From an uncultured delta proteobacterium (GTDB taxonomy: Bacteria > Desulfobacterota > Desulfobacteria > Desulfobacterales > Desulfosalsimonadaceae): 64,000 nt of DNA. The DNA lies in NCBI GenBank assembly GCA_963826785.1, contig CAWGYD010000008.1, positions 320,001-384,000 on the forward strand. The letters are read 5' to 3'. Position numbers and translations under genes: made by a program. The notes below the pieces were generated by a model that was not told the DNA's origin, searched no databases, and worked only from the letters and a program-made list of their open reading frames with translations. Of this stretch, positions 57,528-64,000 are shown in pieces (positions within the stretch are counted from its first letter, which is position 1; each line of letters opens with the position of its first letter).

Positions 57528-59516
57528 TTATTGCAGCCCGACCTTCCAGTTCCACAGCCCCGGTCTTTTTTTCAAAGTGATCCCGGCGGGTACGGGTTCG
57601 GTCAGGTGGATGAAAAGCTCATAGCCCATCTGCTGCAGTTGCTGCTGATGTTCTTTCAAATCGATGATCCAGTTGGGGAAGACCCACACGTTGGCGCCGG
57701 TTTTCCGGGCCCAGGCCTCTTCTTTCTTCGGGCTGGCAAACATGCGGTCGGGCGTCAACTCCTCTGAAATCGTCCTGGAGATGCACAGGGGCCAGTTGCC
57801 CGAGATCACCATCCCCAGCGGCAGTGGGCTTTGCTGGGCCATCAACGCATAATCGCCCTCCCCGAGTTCGGGGCTGACGATGACGCCGGAAAAACCCATC
57901 TGGCGGAGCATCTCGACCGCAAGAGGGTTTGAAACGTTGCAGAACGGTCCCGCCCAGATATTTACGTCCCGGTTTAAAAAAAGGGCCCGCTGCCAGGGGG
58001 CATTGAGCATGAAATTGCGAAATCCGCGCCTCATGGCCTGATCGACGGAATCCGCATACTGTTTTTCTTCATCGGGCCAGATCACAGGAGGCAGCCAGCA
58101 CCAGTGCCGGGGAAGGGCTTTTTTCGGCAGGATTTGGGCTGCCGGATCCAGCCAGAAACCAATCAGTTCGGCCTTGCCCGGCGCCCCCCCCCGCTCCCGG
58201 GACACCGCCATTTCCACGACATCTTTACGGCGCCTGGCCAGCCGGGGAAGTTTGGGCGCAAACAGGCTTTCGTGCAGCATGGGGGTTTGCGATCGGGCAG
58301 TCAGCTTCGATTCCAGCGCGGCAAAGGCTTTTTCCAGTTCTTCCTCCCGGCGGTCAATGAGAAACACGGGGGCCTCGTTCTTCGGCCGGGTCCGGCCAGG
58401 CAGATTCAACACCAGGCGGCCTCTTTTGGGAACATACTTGCTGACCTTATAAGTGGCGTGGCCCGGGTCGTCCTCGTACCCGATCCGGAGCATGTCCTGG
58501 GCAAACAGTTCGAACCGGGGGACCAGGTATGGCCGGGTGGAACCGCCCTGGATCTTCCCTGCCAGCAGCCCCGATCCGGTCTGCTCGTTGATGTCGATGG
58601 GCACATAGGGGCGCTGGGGCAGGATGTTGTAGTGGGTCCCCTTGCGGCCCAGGGCATATTCCAGAAACGAGGCGGCGGTTTTTTTCATCTGTGGATCATC
58701 GGGGTGGTCCCGGAGGAGCTTATAAGCGGATACGGTGTAATAGACGTAGTGCGGTCCTTTTTTGCGGCCCTCGATTTTCAAGGCGGACACCTTAGGGGTC
58801 TGCACCAGGAGTTTGGCCAGCACGTCATACCAGAGATCCTGGCAGGAAAAATAGCGCCGGGTCTGCTTGCCCTGGGTATACATCCGCCGGCAGGGCTGCA
58901 CGCACCGGCCCCTCAGACCGCTCTTCCCCCCCATGAAACTGCTCCAGTAGCATCTTCCGGATACGGCGTAGCACAGCGCGCCGTGGACGAACAGTTCCAG
59001 ATCAAGATCTTCGGGCGCCGCCTGTGCCACCTGCTTGATTTCGTCTATGGTCAGCTCCCTTGGGAGCACCACCCGGTTGACGGCCGGCAGTTGCCGGACT
59101 GCGGACAGGGCGGCGGCAAAACTGGCATTGGCCAGGGTGGAAAGGTGCAGGTCGCCTGCAAATCCGGTCTGCCGGGCAAGCTCCACCAGGGCCAGGTCCT
59201 GGATGATCAGCGCGTCGGGCTTCACCGCGGTATTGAGCTGGTCGATGAGGCGGCCGGTTTGAGTCAGTTCATCGGGCTTGATCATCGAGTTGAGGGTGAT
59301 ATAGACCTTTGTCTCCTGTGCATGGGCGAGCGGCACCAGGTCTGCCAGATCGGAGATGGTGAAATTTTCAGCCGCCATGCGGGCGGAAAAGCTTTTCAGG
59401 CCGCAGTAGATGCTGTCCGCCCCGGCGGCCAGAGCCGCCATGAACGCCCCCCGCCCCCCGGCCGGCGCCAGAATTTCAGCTTTTTTTTCTGCAGATGTTT
59501 CATTCATCGAAAACAT
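57528..59516 (-). CDS. U32 family protein (RlhA-like RNA hydroxylation factor)
   Basis: EILAPAG, GADSIYCG, LPREL, ELFVHGALCYAVSGRC...RGRCVQPCRR, LKIEGRKK. Confidence 0.88.
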   Translation of the reverse strand: MFSMNETSAEKKAEILAPAGGRGAFMAALAAGADSIYCGLKSFSARMAAENFTISDLADLVPLAHAQETKVYITLNSMIKPDELTQTGRLIDQLNTAVKPDALIIQDLALVELARQTGFAGDLHLSTLANASFAAALSAVRQLPAVNRVVLPRELTIDEIKQVAQAAPEDLDLELFVHGALCYAVSGRCYWSSFMGGKSGLRGRCVQPCRRMYTQGKQTRRYFSCQDLWYDVLAKLLVQTPKVSALKIEGRKKGPHYVYYTVSAYKLLRDHPDDPQMKKTAASFLEYALGRKGTHYNILPQRPYVPIDINEQTGSGLLAGKIQGGSTRPYLVPRFELFAQDMLRIGYEDDPGHATYKVSKYVPKRGRLVLNLPGRTRPKNEAPVFLIDRREEELEKAFAALESKLTARSQTPMLHESLFAPKLPRLARRRKDVVEMAVSRERGGAPGKAELIGFWLDPAAQILPKKALPRHWCWLPPVIWPDEEKQYADSVDQAMRRGFRNFMLNAPWQRALFLNRDVNIWAGPFCNVSNPLAVEMLRQMGFSGVIVSPELGEGDYALMAQQSPLPLGMVISGNWPLCISRTISEELTPDRMFASPKKEEAWARKTGANVWVFPNWIIDLKEHQQQLQQMGYELFIHLTEPVPAGITLKKRPGLWNWKVGLQ

Positions 59517-59728
59517 ATCCCATAGCGGCGCATACGGCCGCGAAGCGGTTTGCTTTTTTTAACCATTTCAGGCACAATCTGTTATTCTAATAAGATGATA
59601 TGAATTTGAATTTTTAAAATCAATTCCTATTTTTTTATAAGTATCGGTAAATTGAGTTTATTTTAATTTTTTGCAACCATTCCGGTGGATAGTGCACCCG
59701 GGGAAGAGACCATGCCAAGGAGTTTGAT

Positions 59729-60487
59729 ATGAAAATTGCAGTCAGCGGCAAGGGGGGCGTGGGAAAAACCACGTTTTCGGCCATGATGATCCGGGCGTTC
59801 AACGATCAGGGCAAACACGTGCTGGCCATCGACGCGGACCCGGACGCCAACCTGGCGAGCGCCGTCGGTGTTCCCGGTGCCGATAAAATCGTCCCCATAT
59901 CGGAAATGAAGGAATTGGTATACGAACGGACCGAAGCCAAAGCCGGGTCCATCGGCGGCTTCTTCAAGCTAAACCCCAAGGTGGACGACCTGCCGGACGC
60001 CCTTTCCGCCAAACTGGGCAATATCAAGCTCATGCGGCTGGGCGGGGTCAAAAAAGGCGGGGCCGGATGCATCTGTCCGGAAAGCACCCTGTTAAAGGCC
60101 CTGGTCACCCATGTGGTGCTCGCCCGGGACGAGGTGGTGGTGATGGACATGGAAGCCGGCATCGAACACCTGGGCCGGGGGACCGCCCAGGCCGTCAATA
60201 AGCTGCTGGTGGTGGTGGAACCCGGAAGGCGCAGCATCGATACGGCAAAGCATATCCGGTCCCTGGCCGCCCAGATCGGCCTGGACCTGATATCCCTGGT
60301 GGGCAACAAGATCCGGGGGCCCCAGGACGAAGAATTTTTGCGAAGCCACCTGCCGGACCTTGAGTTTGTAGGGTTTCTACCCTATGAAGATGCGCTCATC
60401 GAAGCGGATTTGAAAGGCATTTCCCCCTATGATGTCGATTCGAAGGCAAAAGCGCTCATCAGCGATATGATCGGTAAACTTAGATGA
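59729..60487 (+). CDS. cooC: CO dehydrogenase nickel-insertion ATPase CooC/AcsF
   Basis: SGKGGVGKT, IDADPDANL, GAGCICPE, DMEAGIEHLGRGT. Confidence 0.9.
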   Translation: MKIAVSGKGGVGKTTFSAMMIRAFNDQGKHVLAIDADPDANLASAVGVPGADKIVPISEMKELVYERTEAKAGSIGGFFKLNPKVDDLPDALSAKLGNIKLMRLGGVKKGGAGCICPESTLLKALVTHVVLARDEVVVMDMEAGIEHLGRGTAQAVNKLLVVVEPGRRSIDTAKHIRSLAAQIGLDLISLVGNKIRGPQDEEFLRSHLPDLEFVGFLPYEDALIEADLKGISPYDVDSKAKALISDMIGKLR

Positions 60488-62616
60488 CCCGCCCCGATTA
60501 CAAGCAGGGAAAGCGGCCGAACAGGCGCCGGAAAACGTCATCCGTCCGGCATCTCCAGCCCGGCGCGGATTCCCGGCTCAAAAGTGTGTTCGCCCGCATC
60601 GGCATTCCCAGAAAGGAGCCGTTCGTCCCGGACCCTTTCCAGGAAGCGGCTCTGGCTGCAATCAATAAAGGGGACTGCCTGGTGACGGTGCCCACCGGCT
60701 CCGGGAAAACCTGGATTGCCGAGCAGACCATTGCGCGGATACTGGACGGCGGCGGCCGGGCCTGGTACGCATCTCCCTTAAAAGCCCTGACCAATTCCAA
60801 GTACGCAGAGTTTTCGGACATTTTCGGCGCATCGAAACTGGGCATTCTCACCGGTGACCGGAAGGAGAATCCGGATGCACCGGTGATCGTCGGGACAACG
60901 GAAATCCTGCGCAACCAGCTCTATGATGCCATGCACCGGGGCGAAGACCTGTCCACCGATTTCGTAGTGCTGGACGAGGCCCATTTTCTCGGAGACGAAG
61001 ACCGGGGCGTCGTCTGGGAAGAAATCATGATCTATCTTCCCTCCCGGATTCCCTTGATGCTGCTGTCCGCCACCATCGGGAACGCCGATGCCATCGCCGC
61101 CTGGCTCGAATCCATCCGGGGCCGCTCCTGCATCGTGATTGCGGAGAAAAATCGGCCGGTGCCGCTCTACCCCTTGTTCCTGCATCCCTCCGGCACCCTG
61201 TTTCCCATGCTGGCCGGCGGTCAGCGCGGCAAGCCCGGGGGGCAGCGGCTCAACAACAAGGTGTTCAAATACCTCAGCGCAGCCCGTTCCCAGCGGATGC
61301 GCATGAGCCGCCAGCTCCCGCCCATGGGCGATGTTTTGCAGGTGCTGAAGCGATACAACCTGCTGCCGGCCATCTTCTTTTTAAAATCCCGGGCCGACTG
61401 CGACAATGCCCTGCTTCTCAGCAGCAGCAACATTACCGAAGAATCCCCGGACCGGAAAACCCGGCGCGCCAAACGCATCGACGACATGCTGGAACGCGTT
61501 CCCCACCTGGCCGGCCATAAACAGATGCACCTGCTGCGCGAATCGGCCATCGGCGCCCATCACAGCGGCCAGCTGCCGGCATGGAAAATCATCATCGAAA
61601 ACCTGATGACCGAGGGATTGCTGGATGCGGTGTTCGCCACGTCCACTGTGGCCGCAGGAGTGAATTTCCCCGCCCGGACCATCGTGTTTTTGAATTCGGA
61701 CCGGTTCAACGGCCGGGAATTCGTTCCCCTGACCTCCACTGAATTTCACCAGATGACCGGACGCGCCGGACGGCGGGGTATGGACAAGATCGGTTTTGCG
61801 GTGGTCATCCCGGGACGGTTCATGGATATCGAACTGATGGCCCTACTTTTCAGTGCACCGCCATCCGATGTCCACAGCCAGATCAAAATCAATTTTTCCA
61901 TGGTGCTTAATCTCCTGCTGTCTCACAGCCCCGAGCAGATCCGGGAACTCCTGGAAAAATCCTTTGCCGCATATCTGCTGACCGCAAAGCCTTGCAAAAA
62001 AAGGACAGAGGCCGAACCCGCCGGGGCCGATGCAACGGCCCTGTGGCACGAATTCACCCGACGCCTTGACTTTTTAAAGGAAAAAGAATACGTTAGCCAT
62101 GACAATCAGCTGACGGAGGACGGCCAGTGGGCCTCTCAGCTCAGGATCGATCATCCCCTCATGGTGGGGGAAGGATTCCGGCAGAACCTGTTTCCCAGGC
62201 GCGACCCGGCCCTGCTCACCGCCATTATGGCCACGTTTGTCAACGAGCGGGAAACCGATGATGCCGCCATCGATCCGGATCTTATCCCCAGGCCCCTGAT
62301 GGACCGCTTCAAGAAGATCGTCACTGGACTGGAGCCGTTTGCCCAACAGATGCGGTCGAAAGGATTCGAAGTCCCCACTCCCTATTTTCTGCCGGCGCTC
62401 ACGCTGTATCTGTGGGCCCGGGGAATGGACTGGGACAAGGTGGCCGACATCTCCCAGATGGCCGAAGGCGACCTGGCCATGCTGATCATGCGGACTGCGG
62501 ACAACCTTCGCCACATCCGGAATATCGGCGATGCGTTCCCCGATGCCGCCCGTGCGGCCGCACAGGCGGTGGAGCTGATCCTGCGGGACCCGGTGGTTTC
62601 AACATTAGACATATAG
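60484..62616 (+). CDS. Ski2/HelY-like DEAD/DEAH helicase
   Basis: PTGSGKT, SPLKAL, DEAH, LSATI, HHSG, QMTGRAGRRG. Confidence 0.92.
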   Translation: MTRPDYKQGKRPNRRRKTSSVRHLQPGADSRLKSVFARIGIPRKEPFVPDPFQEAALAAINKGDCLVTVPTGSGKTWIAEQTIARILDGGGRAWYASPLKALTNSKYAEFSDIFGASKLGILTGDRKENPDAPVIVGTTEILRNQLYDAMHRGEDLSTDFVVLDEAHFLGDEDRGVVWEEIMIYLPSRIPLMLLSATIGNADAIAAWLESIRGRSCIVIAEKNRPVPLYPLFLHPSGTLFPMLAGGQRGKPGGQRLNNKVFKYLSAARSQRMRMSRQLPPMGDVLQVLKRYNLLPAIFFLKSRADCDNALLLSSSNITEESPDRKTRRAKRIDDMLERVPHLAGHKQMHLLRESAIGAHHSGQLPAWKIIIENLMTEGLLDAVFATSTVAAGVNFPARTIVFLNSDRFNGREFVPLTSTEFHQMTGRAGRRGMDKIGFAVVIPGRFMDIELMALLFSAPPSDVHSQIKINFSMVLNLLLSHSPEQIRELLEKSFAAYLLTAKPCKKRTEAEPAGADATALWHEFTRRLDFLKEKEYVSHDNQLTEDGQWASQLRIDHPLMVGEGFRQNLFPRRDPALLTAIMATFVNERETDDAAIDPDLIPRPLMDRFKKIVTGLEPFAQQMRSKGFEVPTPYFLPALTLYLWARGMDWDKVADISQMAEGDLAMLIMRTADNLRHIRNIGDAFPDAARAAAQAVELILRDPVVSTLDI

Positions 62617-62622
62617 GCGGAA

Positions 62623-64000
62623 ATGGAAATATTTAACTGGGCAACCATTACCCTGAGCGTTTTCCTGGCGGTCATCGCTTCGGGCCACGCCCTCTTCCAT
62701 AAACGCACCCCGCCGTCGGCCCTGGGATGGGTGGCGGTCTGCCTGATGTTCCCCTTTTTCGGAGCGGTTCTCTACTATCTGTTCGGCATCAACCGGGTGG
62801 AAACCCGCGCGCGCAAACTGGAAGACAAGCGCCCCGAACATTCGGGCCAGGCCCAGTACCAGCGCGCCGCGGATATCGCTTCCATCAAGCCGCCGGACAT
62901 CGGGCTGGCCCGTGCCTATGCACAGATCGCCCGGATATCGGATGTCGTCACCCACCAGAGCCTGGTGAGCGGAAACCGGGTCGATCCCTTCCACAGCGGG
63001 GAGGAAGCGTATCCGGCCATGCTCGAATCCATTGCCAGTGCCCGGGATAAAATCTATCTGATCACCTATATTTTCGATCTGGACAAGACCGGCCGGCAGT
63101 TCATCGATGCACTGGCCCGGGCGGTGCAGCGGGGGGTGGATGTCCGGGTGATCATCGACGGGGTGGGCGAACTCATGTCGCTTCCCTGGTTTGGATTCCG
63201 GGCCGGGCGGCAGCTGAAGCAAAAAGGGATCCGGCTCGCCCGTTTTCTGCGGCCCAGGCTGATCCCGCCGGCCATACACATCAACCTGCGCAATCACCGA
63301 AAACTCCTGATCGCAGACGGCCGGGTCGGATATACCGGCGGAATGAACATCGGGGACCGGCATCTGGCGAAAAATACCAAAAATCCATCCCGGGTCATCG
63401 ATATGCATTTTCGCTTGACCGGACCCATTGTCATCCAGCTGGAGCAATCTTTCCTCGAGGACTGGGCGTTCTGCACCGGTGAGCAGGACCTGGCCAGCCC
63501 CTCTGCACCGGAAAAATGCGGCAATGCCGTGTGCAGGGCGATCAAGGACGGCCCCAATGAAGACGTCAACAAGCTCGCCACCATTTTAAACGGCGCCATC
63601 GCGTCTGCCCGCCGGCGCATCGATATCATGACGCCCTATTTCCTGCCCTCCACCGAGATGATGAGCGCCCTTCAGATTGCGGCCCTTCGCGGCATCGAAG
63701 TCAATATTGTCCTGCCCTCGAAAAACAACATGCCCTTCATCCAGTGGGCCAGTCACAACCTGTTTTCCGAACTGCTGTACTGGGGGGTCCGGATCTACTA
63801 TCAGCCGCCGCCCTTCGTGCATACCAAGCTGTTCGTGGTGGATGACCAATACGTGCAGATCGGCTCCGCCAACCTGGATGCGCGCAGCCTGAGGCTCAAT
63901 TTCGAGTTCTCGGTGGAAATCTACAACAGGGAGGCGGCAAACCGCCTTTCCGCCCATATTCACGAACGAATCTCGCAGTCGACGCAAATTACGCTTCAAA
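62623..64000 (+). CDS. cls: Cardiolipin synthase (PLD family), runs off the window
   Basis: Manual translation from ATG 62623: MEIFNWAT...ALGWVAVCLMFPFFGAVLYYLFG; two HKD motifs NHRKLLIADG and HTKLFVVDD; GSANLDARSLRLNFE. Confidence 0.92.
   Translation, partial: MEIFNWATITLSVFLAVIASGHALFHKRTPPSALGWVAVCLMFPFFGAVLYYLFGINRVETRARKLEDKRPEHSGQAQYQRAADIASIKPPDIGLARAYAQIARISDVVTHQSLVSGNRVDPFHSGEEAYPAMLESIASARDKIYLITYIFDLDKTGRQFIDALARAVQRGVDVRVIIDGVGELMSLPWFGFRAGRQLKQKGIRLARFLRPRLIPPAIHINLRNHRKLLIADGRVGYTGGMNIGDRHLAKNTKNPSRVIDMHFRLTGPIVIQLEQSFLEDWAFCTGEQDLASPSAPEKCGNAVCRAIKDGPNEDVNKLATILNGAIASARRRIDIMTPYFLPSTEMMSALQIAALRGIEVNIVLPSKNNMPFIQWASHNLFSELLYWGVRIYYQPPPFVHTKLFVVDDQYVQIGSANLDARSLRLNFEFSVEIYNREAANRLSAHIHERISQSTQITLQ

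Noticed and set aside
54318..59525. Long plus-strand ORFs 54318..55910 and 58104..59525
   Set aside because: Antisense shadows of the DUF1295/MFS and U32 genes
62605..63999. Minus-strand ORFs at the right end
   Set aside because: Shadows of the plus-strand cardiolipin synthase, which the ORF track omits because it has no stop in the window

Overview
64-kb chromosomal window from a GC-rich bacterium. Gene content (CooC, an HcpR-like Crp/Fnr regulator, a MesB-like core methionine synthase, sigma54 systems, two-CW protein, CCG-domain Fe-S protein) points to an anaerobic deltaproteobacterium, probably Desulfobacterota; this is an inference. The sequence has many single-base indels, mostly in homopolymer runs, that split otherwise intact genes, so several ORF-track pairs are merged here. 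Main blocks: (1) 1-10.4 kb: PAS signalling proteins, GNAT, TauE, an acyltransferase-esterase fusion and a cholesterol-oxidase-like GMC enzyme. (2) 10.5-21.9 kb: an uncharacterised envelope cluster with three glycosyltransferases (CslA-like GT2, GT87-like, TIGR04283-like fusion), an Fe-S/CCG-DedA fusion, an exported rhodanese, a roughly 955-aa six-domain rhodanese lipoprotein and a beta-barrel-like outer membrane protein. This is the best candidate for an undescribed system. (3) 21.9-25.6 kb: an AT-rich islet with an AlkB alkane monooxygenase (unexpected in an anaerobe), a ferritin-like 'metal hydrolase', an attC-like hairpin and higBA. (4) 26.5-29.9 kb: an HcpR-like regulator with a TTGAC-N4-GTCAA box, a sulfite-reductase-like Fe-S protein and a core methionine synthase. 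(5) 30.3-42.3 kb: a sigma54/ZraSR-like copper/silver locus (CusCBA plus two Met/His-rich exported proteins) with a 132-bp MITE. (6) tRNA-Pro(GGG) followed by a 5'-truncated kinase. (7) A DUF1365/COG2907/DUF1295/chalcone-isomerase lipid-modification cluster lacking cfa. (8) U32 protein, cooC, a Ski2-like helicase and cardiolipin synthase. No CRISPR array, rRNA, transposase or integrase was seen.
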